Virus record (IMG/VR): IMGVR_UViG_3300024261_000015
Location: 1 to 64,000 of that record
Strand: one strand, 5' to 3'
Length of the DNA: 64,000 nt
Source of the DNA: a virus
This document shows, one piece after another, positions 29,831 through 39,921 of this stretch. The translations under genes were made by a program, and so were the position numbers. The notes below the pieces were generated by a model, which ran no database searches, was not told the DNA's origin, and saw nothing but the letters and a program-made list of their open reading frames with translations. Position 1 is the stretch's first letter, and the number at the start of each line of letters is the position of its first letter.

Positions 29831-31366
29831 ATGAGCTTTTTAGACGATAACCCGAGTAAACGGCGTGTATGTGCCGTTATGTGTACATACGGACGATTTG
29901 AAATCGTAAAACAATCCTTAACAATGTTTTTGGCGCAAGACTATCCTAATAAACAACTTGTTATATTTAACACAGCAACTACACCTTTAATTCTCGATGA
30001 GTTCTTAATGTCCCACCCCGACATTAAGGTTGTAAATCAGACTCATAAATCTGATGGGACTCCTTACAAGAGTTTAGGGTGTGTTCGAAATGCATCGCTT
30101 GAACATGCCGAGGGGGATATTTATATCTGTTGGGATGATGATGATTTGTTTATGCCCTGGCATATTACTCAAGCCATGTCTCACTGGAGTAAAGCTCCTG
30201 TAGTAGCGTGGAAGCCTGACGTATCCTATTGGAGTCAGGATGGAGGTAAAAGCTTTCTTGGGCTTATGGGCAATTCCATGGAGGCTTCTTTCGTAGTAGG
30301 AATGAAGCATATGAAACAGTATGGGTTTTCTACGGGACGTTCTGGAGCAGAACATGTTGATGGGGGTTGGTTAGATAAGACTGATGCTTTGATAGAAAAT
30401 GTAAGCCCCTTTGAAAGTTATGGGTATATTTGGGGAGATAAACGCGCAGGTCACAAAACAAGCGGTCATATTGGTGACGGTAATAATTTCGAAAACCATA
30501 AGAACGCCAGCGATGATTTTGGGAATGAACCTTTAAGCATTTGCTCCGTGCATATGTTCGACAAGTTTTTCAAAAGCGCTATAGCTATGTGGGAGAACCC
30601 CACCCTTTATGAGGGCATTAATACTCAGGTTACGGTATCGCAAGTAGAAGAGTTAAAAGGTTTAATGAGGGATTACTACCTTAGACATGCAGTTGAATTA
30701 CCTGAGTTTTTGCGTGACGTACAGCCCCAGAAGGTTGAAGATACTATTACGTGCCCTAACTGTAACCATAAGTTTGAGGCCAGTGCCACCTCCTTACCTG
30801 TAAGCGAAAAGCCTGCTACGGGAAGGAACAACTCTTTTTTAAAAGTACTTACCGTACTGGAACAGTCATACAATCGCCCTATAACAATCGTAGAGGCGGG
30901 TTGTATTCGGAAGCCAAATGAAGAAGGTAGAATAGGAGATGGGTGGAGTACTGTGAATTGGGATTGGTATGCTAGGCGTACAGACTCTAAAGTTCACGTT
31001 GTGGATATCAACAAAGACCACATCGCTCACGGCAAGTCTATCGTCCCAGAAAGTGAGTTTATTACTTACTATCTTGATGATTCTGTGAATTTCTTGAAGA
31101 AGTTCGAGGGGCGGATTGATTTGTTATTTTTAGACAGTTTTGATTACTGCGGGGATGAGGAAAATCAAAGAGCGTGTCATTACCATTCACTGAATGAGGT
31201 TATAGCTGCCTGGGACAAGTTAAGTGCTACTTGTTTTGTTTTGATAGACGATGTCTTTAATGGTGAGTGGGATGGAAAAGGAAAGTTGTCTATACCGTAT
31301 CTTTTAGATAATGGATTTGAGCTTATGTATCATGTAGATAATCAAGTGTTATTGCGTAAAGGGTAA
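29831..31366 (+). CDS. GT2 glycosyltransferase fused to a class I SAM methyltransferase
   Basis: CTYGR, QDYPN, WDDDD; CPNC linker; IVEAGC, VDIN, IDLLFLDS, LIDD. Confidence 0.8.
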   Translation: MSFLDDNPSKRRVCAVMCTYGRFEIVKQSLTMFLAQDYPNKQLVIFNTATTPLILDEFLMSHPDIKVVNQTHKSDGTPYKSLGCVRNASLEHAEGDIYICWDDDDLFMPWHITQAMSHWSKAPVVAWKPDVSYWSQDGGKSFLGLMGNSMEASFVVGMKHMKQYGFSTGRSGAEHVDGGWLDKTDALIENVSPFESYGYIWGDKRAGHKTSGHIGDGNNFENHKNASDDFGNEPLSICSVHMFDKFFKSAIAMWENPTLYEGINTQVTVSQVEELKGLMRDYYLRHAVELPEFLRDVQPQKVEDTITCPNCNHKFEASATSLPVSEKPATGRNNSFLKVLTVLEQSYNRPITIVEAGCIRKPNEEGRIGDGWSTVNWDWYARRTDSKVHVVDINKDHIAHGKSIVPESEFITYYLDDSVNFLKKFEGRIDLLFLDSFDYCGDEENQRACHYHSLNEVIAAWDKLSATCFVLIDDVFNGEWDGKGKLSIPYLLDNGFELMYHVDNQVLLRKG

Positions 31367-31367
31367 T

Positions 31368-32042
31368 ATGGAGAAGATAATACATCAAATTTGGGTGGGT
31401 CCACACCCAATGCCTCAAAACGAAGCCGCTTGGTCTAATGCTATTCGTAACTCACACCCAAACTACGAGTATTACTTTTGGAGTGATAGTAATTTACCTG
31501 AGCTTCCTGAGGATTTGCAGGCTATGGTAGATGTTTTTACGGAATACAAGGAGTGGATTAGAATAGCGGACATGTTGAGGTATTATGTGGTGTGGAAGTA
31601 CGGGGGGATATACATTGATGTTGATTACAAGATAATTAACCCTATAGAGGATTTAAAATTAGAGAACTACAAAGGGTTCGTTCCGCTGCACTACGCTCCT
31701 GGAGAAACCATATGTAATTCTATTTTTGGCTTTGAGAAAAATCACCCGATTATAGCTGATAGGGTTGATGAGATACTTGAAATGGCAAAGAACGTATCTC
31801 AATGGGATAATCTAGGATGGTTGCCGTGGTTCGGAGTCCATTTTTTCGGGCAAGGTCTTAAACGTTTCATAGGCGAAGACCCAGATGAAGTGGATACTGT
31901 TATAGCTCCTATTCTTGAAAGTGAGTGGGGTATTAAAACAATACACTCTAGGGAAGACCTAAAACTTAATTATCTAGCGCATCAATTTTCTTATAATTGG
32001 GGTTCTGGGTTGGACGGCAGAAAGGGGGGGGTACCCTCATAG
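31368..32042 (+). CDS. DXD glycosyltransferase (GT32/OCH1-like)
   Basis: KIIHQIW and ADMLRY...YGGIYIDVD motifs. Confidence 0.88.
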   Translation: MEKIIHQIWVGPHPMPQNEAAWSNAIRNSHPNYEYYFWSDSNLPELPEDLQAMVDVFTEYKEWIRIADMLRYYVVWKYGGIYIDVDYKIINPIEDLKLENYKGFVPLHYAPGETICNSIFGFEKNHPIIADRVDEILEMAKNVSQWDNLGWLPWFGVHFFGQGLKRFIGEDPDEVDTVIAPILESEWGIKTIHSREDLKLNYLAHQFSYNWGSGLDGRKGGVPS

Positions 32043-32052
32043 CACGTCTAAA

Positions 32053-32760
32053 ATGATTACCGTAAGTTTACTCTGCTCTTTATATGCCTGGAAAGGCGAT
32101 AAAGCTCGCGTCTTTAAAACATTAGAGTGGTATGACGCTTTATGTGAGGGGGCAGGTTATAACTTTAGGCTTCTTCTAGTAAACGATTGTTCGGACGAGA
32201 GTTTTGACGATATTATTCCTTATATAACCACCCCCAAAGGATATTGCACCGAAGTTCAGTACTTTAAATCTGAGGTGCGGCTAGGCAAAGCTTTGCAGTT
32301 AAATCGTTTGTTAGTATCTTGTGATGATGATTACGTAGGTATAATTGATAATGATGTCATCTGCCCCTACGAATGGCTTACACAGTGCATAGTTATAGCT
32401 AATACAGAAAGTATAGCGGTATGTGGTGTCATGGTAGAGAACCTACCTTTACTTGAAAGTAGAACTCATAAGAGCGGGATTCTTTTTGATTTACCTCAAC
32501 AGCTTGGGGGCGCATGCCTTTTATGGAAGAGTTCCAAGCTTGGAGTAGAGGAATACTTCTGGCAGAAGGCTGGTGTGTATGGACATGAGGACGCTGAGTT
32601 CGTAAGACGTATTAGTAATAAGGTAGGAAGAGTTGCGTGCTTGGCGCAAAGAGGGTATTGTATTTCTCAAGTTGCTGATAGTCCCGAGTACCAAGCATGG
32701 AAGAATAAATGTTTAAATAGTACCACTCTACTACTAAAAAATAGAATTGATAAACTATAA
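32053..32760 (+). CDS. GT2-like glycosyltransferase
   Basis: VNDCS, IIDND and YGHEDAEF motifs. Confidence 0.75.
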   Translation: MITVSLLCSLYAWKGDKARVFKTLEWYDALCEGAGYNFRLLLVNDCSDESFDDIIPYITTPKGYCTEVQYFKSEVRLGKALQLNRLLVSCDDDYVGIIDNDVICPYEWLTQCIVIANTESIAVCGVMVENLPLLESRTHKSGILFDLPQQLGGACLLWKSSKLGVEEYFWQKAGVYGHEDAEFVRRISNKVGRVACLAQRGYCISQVADSPEYQAWKNKCLNSTTLLLKNRIDKL

Positions 32761-32766
32761 CATAGT

Positions 32767-33738
32767 ATGAGCTTTTTAACAGATATTTGCAAACGATTAG
32801 ACGGAGCAGCACTGCTTTCAGAAGAAGACCAAATACATGGTTTTATAGATTCGGGGTCATTACCCCTTAACAAAATTCTCTCTGGCAAGTACAGTGGTGG
32901 GTATCCCATCGGTGCTATTACAGAGATTTACGGTGAGAGTAGTACCGCTAAAACGGTATTTCTTACCCATGCGTTCGTTGGGGCTCAGAAGCAGGGTTAT
33001 TACACCGTAATGATTGACAACGAGCACGCCTACTCCCCTGCGTTCGCTAAGACGCTTGGGGTGGACCCTGAGAAGCTTATCTACCTCATGCCTGAAGCTA
33101 TGGAGGATTGCTTTGAAGCGATTGAGAAGGCTATCCTGGCTATTAGAGAGACTGATAAGGATACCCCCATTGTCATTGGGTACGACTCTATTGGAGTCTC
33201 TCCTACCCGTAAGGAGATGGAAGATACGTTTGGAAAGAACAGCGAGATGGGGGGAGCCCTTAGAGCAAAGGTTGCGGGTCAATGCTTGAGGCGAATCAAC
33301 CCTCTCCTCCGTAAGCATAAAGCTGCGCTGCTTATTATTAATCAAGTACGCAGTAAGGTTGGAGTTATGTTTGGAGACCCTCGCACTAAAGCAGGAGGCG
33401 GAAAAGCACTTCTATATTATTGCGGTGTGTCTATTGAAACCTGTTCTTCTAAGTCTAACGTTTTGTTTGATGAGCATAAGAATCCTTTAGGTATTATAGG
33501 TACTGTTAAATGCGTTAAGAACAAAGTAACTGTACCTTACCAGAACTGTGAGTTTGAGCTTCTGTACAATAAAGGGCTTACTAATGATTATGGTATGACC
33601 GTGTCTGCTTTTAAGAGTGGCGCGGTAGAGTCCCCCTCTAAAGGGTGGTATGCTATGAAAGGTGAAACGGGAAAGCATAGAGCTAAGGACCTAGACGCCC
33701 TATTAGCCTCCAAAGTTTCAGCAGGAGATTTAGTATAA
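32767..33738 (+). CDS. uvsX: RecA/UvsX recombinase
   Basis: EIYGESSTAKT, IDNEHA, YDSIG, INQVR, GGKALLYY and KNKV motifs. Confidence 0.93.
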   Translation: MSFLTDICKRLDGAALLSEEDQIHGFIDSGSLPLNKILSGKYSGGYPIGAITEIYGESSTAKTVFLTHAFVGAQKQGYYTVMIDNEHAYSPAFAKTLGVDPEKLIYLMPEAMEDCFEAIEKAILAIRETDKDTPIVIGYDSIGVSPTRKEMEDTFGKNSEMGGALRAKVAGQCLRRINPLLRKHKAALLIINQVRSKVGVMFGDPRTKAGGGKALLYYCGVSIETCSSKSNVLFDEHKNPLGIIGTVKCVKNKVTVPYQNCEFELLYNKGLTNDYGMTVSAFKSGAVESPSKGWYAMKGETGKHRAKDLDALLASKVSAGDLV

Positions 33739-34424
33739 TGCATTTTGATATTGTAGAAATAGGAACCGCTGATTTTGATTCAGAAACGCAGATAGAAAAG
33801 GGATTCTTTGTTGAAAAATTCGGAGAGGTAGAGAATAAACGTATTTTAAGCGTAGAACCCGTTAAACGTTATTTGGATAACTTGCCCGTTCTGCCTAATT
33901 CGTTTAAAGAACACGCCGCAGTCTCCAATCGGGATGGAGAAATTGATATTTGGTTTGTTTCACCTGAGAACATTGTGAAGTATGGTTTCCCAGGCTGGAC
34001 GTCGGGGTGTAACAGTGTAAATAATCCCCACCCTTTGACCTTTGGGGACTACCAAAAAATGAGCCAAGAGCAGAACCACCCTGCGTATATGCGTACTATA
34101 GCTGATATTTTTACAGTTGATACGGTTAAATGTATTACATTTAAGATGTTGGCAGAGAAGTATGATATAACGAGTATAAGTTTTTTAAAAGTTGATGCGG
34201 AAGGGCATGACACGATAATACTAAACGACTACTTTCAGTACTGCCAAACTTCCCCACAATGTAAAGCTAATTGGATTGTATTCGAAGCTAATGAACTTAC
34301 TAGCTCAGGTGTAGTCGATGAGTGCGTGAGGAAGGCAGAACAACTGGGATATATTTTAAGACAAAGGAATTACGATACAATACTACAACTAGACGCAACA
34401 GTTTCAGAGGGAGGTTTAGTGTAG
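33738..34424 (+). CDS. FkbM-family methyltransferase
   Basis: VEIGT, SVEP, AAVS and LKVDAEGHD motifs. Confidence 0.8.
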   Translation: MHFDIVEIGTADFDSETQIEKGFFVEKFGEVENKRILSVEPVKRYLDNLPVLPNSFKEHAAVSNRDGEIDIWFVSPENIVKYGFPGWTSGCNSVNNPHPLTFGDYQKMSQEQNHPAYMRTIADIFTVDTVKCITFKMLAEKYDITSISFLKVDAEGHDTIILNDYFQYCQTSPQCKANWIVFEANELTSSGVVDECVRKAEQLGYILRQRNYDTILQLDATVSEGGLV

Positions 34425-35035
34425 TGAGTAAAGTATTTTTAGACTGCGGTGCTCATGAATTTCAAGGTCTTAGGCAATTTATTGATATTTTAGGTATTGA
34501 TGAGGATTGGAGAGTGCACAGCTTTGAAGCAAACCCTATTACTTCTGGAAGAGCCGCAGAACATATTGATAAGGCTTGGAAGTTTCATCATGTTTTTCAT
34601 AATTGCGCTATAGGTACACGAGACGGTAAAGTAACGTTTATGGGTGAGTACTGCAATTACCAAGAAGCGGGCGTTCCTGATTCTCAAGGCTCTAGAATAT
34701 CCGATAATTGGCACCCTGGAATTTATAGTGAAACATCTAAGGGTGCGGGAGATGGAATCACTTCAAGGGAATTTAAGGTTGATATGATAGACTTCCCTAA
34801 GTTTATACGAGACACGTTTTCTAAGGATGACGAGATTTATATTAAGATGGATGTTGAAGGGTCTGAGTTTGATATTTTAGAGGAGCTTGTAAAAGACTTC
34901 CCACCTCAAATTAAGGTTATGTACGTTGAATGGCATGAGAGATTTTTCCCTAACGCTCCCTATATGCATCATAGGCGTAAGTTATACACTAAGATTATAA
35001 CGGAGTTAGGAGTAGAGCTTAAGGATTGGATTTAG
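34424..35035 (+). CDS. FkbM-family methyltransferase
   Basis: FLDCGA, SFEANP, IKMDVEGSE and VEWH motifs; GTG start after GGAGG. Confidence 0.85.
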   Translation: MSKVFLDCGAHEFQGLRQFIDILGIDEDWRVHSFEANPITSGRAAEHIDKAWKFHHVFHNCAIGTRDGKVTFMGEYCNYQEAGVPDSQGSRISDNWHPGIYSETSKGAGDGITSREFKVDMIDFPKFIRDTFSKDDEIYIKMDVEGSEFDILEELVKDFPPQIKVMYVEWHERFFPNAPYMHHRRKLYTKIITELGVELKDWI

Positions 35036-35036
35036 A

Positions 35037-35720
35037 ATGACTGTCGGTGTGATATTTTTAAGTTTAGCGTCTACTCCTAAGCTGAGGCAGATGACGCAAA
35101 ACGCCGTCAATAGTTGTATAATTAGTGACCCAGACATAAACTTTAGAGTGCTTGTATGCGAAGGAGTTTCTGGTATTGAATACACAGGGGCTGCGGTAAC
35201 CAACCCCCCTACAGAAGAACCGTTTAACTACAATTGGTATATGAATATGTGTAGGTCTCATGCTATGTTTAAGGGGTGTGAGTACATAGCATTATGCAAT
35301 AACGACTTACTTTTTGAAAATGAGTGGGCTTCTATCTTGATAAAGACTATGAAAAAACAAGGTGTTTTAAGTGCATGCCCTAAGGAACCAACCATTCACA
35401 GAGATGTACCCTTTGTAAATGGCGTTTGTCCTGGTTATGGAGTTACGAGCGGATTTAGACCTATCGCAGGATGGTGTATATTCCAAAATATGCGTATCTA
35501 CGATATCATCGGAGATATAGATGAGCGTGCTGAGTTTTGGCACGCGGATACAATGTATGGAGAACAATTGAAGGCGTTTGAGGTTAAGCACATTTTGGTT
35601 GAGGGGTCTGTCGTTCATCACTTAGAAAGGGGGAGCAATACTTTAGAAACACTTTCCAAAACTCAACAGGAAAAGCTGACAACTCACTCTCCTGTACATA
35701 GACAGATATACTCACTGTAA
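35037..35720 (+). CDS. GT2-like glycosyltransferase
   Basis: FNYN, LCNND, DE...W.AD and VHHL motifs. Confidence 0.75.
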   Translation: MTVGVIFLSLASTPKLRQMTQNAVNSCIISDPDINFRVLVCEGVSGIEYTGAAVTNPPTEEPFNYNWYMNMCRSHAMFKGCEYIALCNNDLLFENEWASILIKTMKKQGVLSACPKEPTIHRDVPFVNGVCPGYGVTSGFRPIAGWCIFQNMRIYDIIGDIDERAEFWHADTMYGEQLKAFEVKHILVEGSVVHHLERGSNTLETLSKTQQEKLTTHSPVHRQIYSL

Positions 35721-35826
35721 TTTTGAACACAAACTCATTAAGCCTTAAATAGAGGGCTTAACTTAGCCAGGAACGACCCCAGGGCGACTATTATATACTG
35801 TGAGGCTCCAATAAAGCTCACCTAAT

Positions 35827-36111
35827 ATGGAAGATATAGTTATTTTTGGTTTTAAGGCTATTGCCTGGACATTTGTTAGCTTAAGTCATGTCATAATTCC
35901 TCTCCTTATAGGGAGTGGGGTATTTTATGCTTATGCGTCTATCAAGGAGGTTATGTGGGCGTTTACATGGGAAACTAAACGGAAAGAGCGTGTAAAAGCA
36001 TCCACCTCAAAACCTAAGAAGAGCCCTCCTAAGGAGACTCCCGCACCTTCAAGGGAAGTCGTCAGCAGCTACTCTGACGAATATAAACTACCTCCACTCC
36101 CTTTTAGGTAA
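35827..36111 (+). CDS. Membrane protein
   Basis: Hydrophobic N-terminal half. Confidence 0.5.
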   Translation: MEDIVIFGFKAIAWTFVSLSHVIIPLLIGSGVFYAYASIKEVMWAFTWETKRKERVKASTSKPKKSPPKETPAPSREVVSSYSDEYKLPPLPFR

Positions 36112-36137
36112 CTAAATAGAGTACAGGAACTAATCTT

Positions 36138-36557
36138 ATGGTAAACTTATTTCATTCATGGAATCTCAATCTTGATGAGAAGAAGAACTCAGGCTTCAAG
36201 CCTGAGGATAAAGAAGGCAAGAAAGCCGACTTCGACTCACGCAAGACACGTATTCCTTCATTCGCTACAATTGATGATGCGTTCAGCAAAGCTACGTATG
36301 GTCAAATTTTCACTACGCCCAAGTCCAGTAACATTTATGTGATTACTCATGGTACTTGGGGCGAGAAATCCAATGATAAGGTCGTTAAGAGCTTTCCCGC
36401 TGGAACTCCCTATGCAGAGATTAAAGGGTATAGTGAGCGTACAAAAGCAAAGCACGGCGGTAAAACTGTTAAGGCAGGTGAAAAAGGCCGTGAAGAAGCT
36501 GGTTTTGCTACTAAAGACAAGAAAGACTCCGTTAAAAACATGAAGTCGGTTAATTAA
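36138..36557 (+). CDS. Hypothetical basic protein
   Basis: CTAAATA motif and AGGA upstream. Confidence 0.6.
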   Translation: MVNLFHSWNLNLDEKKNSGFKPEDKEGKKADFDSRKTRIPSFATIDDAFSKATYGQIFTTPKSSNIYVITHGTWGEKSNDKVVKSFPAGTPYAEIKGYSERTKAKHGGKTVKAGEKGREEAGFATKDKKDSVKNMKSVN

Positions 36558-36558
36558 T

Positions 36559-36900
36559 ATGGCTCGTACGTATATCCCTAAGGGTAGGTTCTTTGAGCCT
36601 AATAGAATTCATAAGATTGCGAAAGATGTTCTTCGTGATTGTGGTGAGGACCGTAATAGGGCGTTAGAGACATTTACTTACTTTAAAAACCTAGTCGATT
36701 CTAGCCCTGATGATGATAAGGCTAAAACCGAAATGATTCACGCCTTGGGTTTGTCCCAAGACGCTAATGATAAGATTGTAAAGATTCTAGACATGATGAT
36801 TAAAATGACTCAATCCGAACAAAAGATTGATTCTGATAAAAACGTCACCGTTGAAAGTCTCTCCTTCGAAGACCTTAAAAAATCCCGTAAGAATGCCTAA
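36559..36900 (+). CDS. Hypothetical protein
   Basis: Coupled ORF. Confidence 0.6.
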   Translation: MARTYIPKGRFFEPNRIHKIAKDVLRDCGEDRNRALETFTYFKNLVDSSPDDDKAKTEMIHALGLSQDANDKIVKILDMMIKMTQSEQKIDSDKNVTVESLSFEDLKKSRKNA

Positions 36901-38149
36901 AAAAGACCAGGACAGTTATGTTGTATACAACCCCCACATTGATGAGTTCGTGCGTGTTAAAAAATTCACGGACGTAGAATTAGGGACAATTGTTGTAGCA
37001 ATAGGAAAATTGATTGACCAGCCAGGGGTTAAGATTGGAGCGTATGTACGCAATGTCGTTACTAGTACTGTTGAGGGGCACACTAGGTTTGACCTGTCGG
37101 AAGTAGCCGAGTCTCTATTTGAGTGTGTTATAGAAGTCTATCCTATATTTCAGATAGATTTCGTATGTAAGACTTTAAATGAAATTGGTGAGCTTGACGC
37201 TCAACTGCCGAAAGGGAGGCTTCTTACGTTATCTGAAATAAACAAGTTAACTGCACGTATCAAGGATAAGCTTATTGGGCAACCAGAAGCTGTCGATGAG
37301 TGCATGAAATCCATTAAACTGCTTAGCTCTGGACTCGGTGAGTTCGTATCTTTGTTCTTTATCGGACCTACAGGTGTAGGTAAGACAGAACTAGCTCGTT
37401 TGTTAGCCAAGGAATACTTAGGGGACCCGAAAAAACTATTAAAGATTAATTGTGGGGAGTACTCCACAGGGCATGAATATGCCAAACTAATCGGTAGTCC
37501 TCCTGGATATATTGGTCATAACGAAAAGGGTATTTTATCTGAAAAAGCCGAGCAGTCTTCCGAATGGATTATTTTGTTTGATGAAATCGAGAAGGCTCAC
37601 CCAAAATTGTTGAATCTTCTCCTAGGATTTCTAGATGATGGTAAGTTGATGGATAGCCAGGGCACTGAGCTTGATTTTACGGACTCTATCGTCTGTTTTA
37701 CAAGCAATGTAGGTATTAAAGGCAACGTGGGTAAGAATTTGCTAGGGTTTGGGGAAGATATTAGAGGTTATGAAGCTTCTAAGAGTATAATTGAGAGTGA
37801 GTTCAAGGAAACCTTTAGCCCTGAGTTCATAAATCGCTTGGATGGCATAGTGTACTTCAATCAGCTTACAAAAGATGATGCCACTACGATAGCCAGAATC
37901 AATCTAAAACCTCTACCTGTAAGAACAACAAAGAAACTGGTGGATTATGTCGTTGATAACTCCTTTTCTCTTGAATATGGTGCTAGAAACATCAAAAGAT
38001 TTATCAGGAATCATGTAACTATTAAAATTGCTGAGAAGATTCTCGAAGACGGTAAAACTTTGTCCTATAAGCCCGTATTTGACGATAAAAAATTAATCTC
38101 TGTAGAAGAAATTTCCAAGCCTAAGGCGTTAAAAAATTCTGATAATTAG
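36893..38149 (+). CDS. ClpA/ClpB-like AAA+ ATPase with only the second (D2) ring
   Basis: IGQPEAV, GPTGVGKTELA, LIGSPPGYIG, LFDEIEKAHP, FSPEFINRLD and YGARNIKR motifs. Confidence 0.9.
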   Translation: MPKKDQDSYVVYNPHIDEFVRVKKFTDVELGTIVVAIGKLIDQPGVKIGAYVRNVVTSTVEGHTRFDLSEVAESLFECVIEVYPIFQIDFVCKTLNEIGELDAQLPKGRLLTLSEINKLTARIKDKLIGQPEAVDECMKSIKLLSSGLGEFVSLFFIGPTGVGKTELARLLAKEYLGDPKKLLKINCGEYSTGHEYAKLIGSPPGYIGHNEKGILSEKAEQSSEWIILFDEIEKAHPKLLNLLLGFLDDGKLMDSQGTELDFTDSIVCFTSNVGIKGNVGKNLLGFGEDIRGYEASKSIIESEFKETFSPEFINRLDGIVYFNQLTKDDATTIARINLKPLPVRTTKKLVDYVVDNSFSLEYGARNIKRFIRNHVTIKIAEKILEDGKTLSYKPVFDDKKLISVEEISKPKALKNSDN

Positions 38150-38229
38150 TGTCCTTTTGGTGCCCGAGGGACTATAACATAGTGTGGGCAAGCCGATGCC
38201 CTTCAACTTAACCAAGAGGTAAAAACACT

Positions 38230-38502
38230 ATGAAACGAATTTCTTTTAAATATGATAACGCTAAGAACGACAGTACTCCTGAAGTTCTGGTTACTACGCA
38301 AAACCAGCACATGGTTCGCGGATTTAACACCAACTATATGACCAAGGGCCAAGCGACCCGAATTCAGAATGAGTGGCGTAAGATTCAGAACCAACGCTGG
38401 AGCACTGCTACTAAGGAGCGAGTCCTTATGAATCGAGTAGGTTCCCCTGCAAAAAACTCTTTCCGTATGTATCGTACGGAAGGGATTGCTTACACGGACT
38501 GA
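38230..38502 (+). CDS. Hypothetical protein
   Basis: GAGG RBS; own promoter-like motif and terminator. Confidence 0.65.
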   Translation: MKRISFKYDNAKNDSTPEVLVTTQNQHMVRGFNTNYMTKGQATRIQNEWRKIQNQRWSTATKERVLMNRVGSPAKNSFRMYRTEGIAYTD

Positions 38503-38529
38503 TGTAAGCAAAAGTTTGTTATTCTCCTT

Positions 38530-38560
38530 AAAGAGGGCTTCGAAAGAAGTCCTCTTTTTT
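38530..38560 (+). terminator. Rho-independent terminator
   Basis: AAAGAGGGCTTC-GAAA-GAAGTCCTCTTT plus T run. Confidence 0.85.
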
Positions 38561-38601
38561 ATTGTATAAGATGCAGGAGATGGGGACCTATATAAAGTAC
38601 T

Positions 38602-39075
38602 ATGCCTATAATGAATGGAATGATGATGCAGGGACCTTCAATGCCCCGCAGACCTGGAGAGGTTATTGCGAACACTTTTTGGGGTTCTGTTAGCGACGCT
38701 GTCTCAGTTACAGCGGATTTTGCTGGAATGGACACGGGCGCTGACCACCTTCAGCTTGCGGCGGGGGTAGTTCCAGGCACTACGGATAGAATGTTACTTC
38801 CTGGAAGACCAAATCATAAAATTGTAGTTAATGAAGTTTCTGTTAGTCAGGCAGGAGGTACCCCTGGATACGTAGGAACCCTTGCACAAGAAGGAGAAAC
38901 TTCTGATATCCTTCAATTTGTCGCAGGGCAGTACGGTCAAGCGCGGTTTGAGGCTATCTTTGAGTTAGAAGTGAATAAAGGTCTTATGTTGTATAGAGCG
39001 CAAGGTATTGCGGGTACAGTAAACGATGATGTTAACGTGGTCACCGTTTTTTATAGTTACGTTGAAAGCGAATGA
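38602..39075 (+). CDS. Hypothetical protein, possible paralog of the next gene
   Basis: Shares F.G.D...DHLQ and GTLA.E..TSD with the next ORF. Confidence 0.6.
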   Translation: MPIMNGMMMQGPSMPRRPGEVIANTFWGSVSDAVSVTADFAGMDTGADHLQLAAGVVPGTTDRMLLPGRPNHKIVVNEVSVSQAGGTPGYVGTLAQEGETSDILQFVAGQYGQARFEAIFELEVNKGLMLYRAQGIAGTVNDDVNVVTVFYSYVESE

Positions 39076-39566
39076 TACAATCAAATAATCTAGAGCGTTT
39101 AATGATTGTTTCGGGGGTCTCGGACGCAGGTATCTTGTACCGTTCTACTTGGGGTGCTAATGGAGGCTCTCTTGGAGCCTCCGCTGCCCCCACTAATTTA
39201 ACATTTCCTGGATTGGATAGTAGCAAGGACCATTTACAGGCAACCGCGCCCGCACGCTCTTCATTTATCGCTATAACTAATAATGATATAACAAAGCGTA
39301 TCGTATTAAGCATGGTTGAGGTGGGGTGGAACAATGGGGGGGTCTCGAACCCTAAAGCCATGTTCGGCACACTCGCTGAGGAAGACTCAACATCTGATTT
39401 GATTATATGGATGTGCGACTTTATTAGCGGTAATTACGCTGTAACTACTCCTATTACATTAGCCCCTGGAAAAGATTTGATTCACTATAACGTTAGAGGT
39501 CCAGGCCAGGGTAACTCAACCGAGCCAGTTTTCTTGAAACTTTTTTACCATTTAGTGGACGCTTAG
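39072..39566 (+). CDS. Hypothetical protein, possible paralog of the previous gene
   Basis: Same shared motifs. Confidence 0.6.
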   Translation: MIQSNNLERLMIVSGVSDAGILYRSTWGANGGSLGASAAPTNLTFPGLDSSKDHLQATAPARSSFIAITNNDITKRIVLSMVEVGWNNGGVSNPKAMFGTLAEEDSTSDLIIWMCDFISGNYAVTTPITLAPGKDLIHYNVRGPGQGNSTEPVFLKLFYHLVDA

Positions 39567-39579
39567 ACTATAATAGTGC

Positions 39580-39813
39580 ATGGACACACTAATTCAAGCT
39601 GATTATTTTGCAGAGGTAACTGACGAGAAAATCGCAGGTACTATTATTATTAGGCGCGACACTGCGGTAGCCGTCTACTCGGTCCCAGGTAATTCTAGGC
39701 GGTCAATGATTCTTACGGAGCAAGGACTTAAATTCTGCCTTAAAGGACGACCTGAGGTTTTTATGAATCCAGACAACATGGAACCTAGAATTCCTGAACT
39801 TCTTGTTGATTGA
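39580..39813 (+). CDS. Hypothetical protein
   Basis: ACTATAAT ending 6 nt before ATG. Confidence 0.55.
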   Translation: MDTLIQADYFAEVTDEKIAGTIIIRRDTAVAVYSVPGNSRRSMILTEQGLKFCLKGRPEVFMNPDNMEPRIPELLVD

Positions 39814-39828
39814 GGCATTAAGTAATGC

Positions 39829-39905
39829 GGGACGGTAGCCCAATCGGTAGAGGCAACAGACTTAAAATCTGTTAAGTGCGGGTTCGAATCCCGCTCGTCC
39901 TACCA
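39829..39905 (+). tRNA. tRNA-Leu(UAA) with a short variable loop and encoded CCA
   Basis: GGGACGG/TCGTCCT acceptor; ACAGA-CTTAAAA-TCTGT anticodon arm; GCGGG-TTCGAAT-CCCGC T arm; ACCA. Confidence 0.92.
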
Positions 39906-39921
39906 CACACTCACTATTAAT

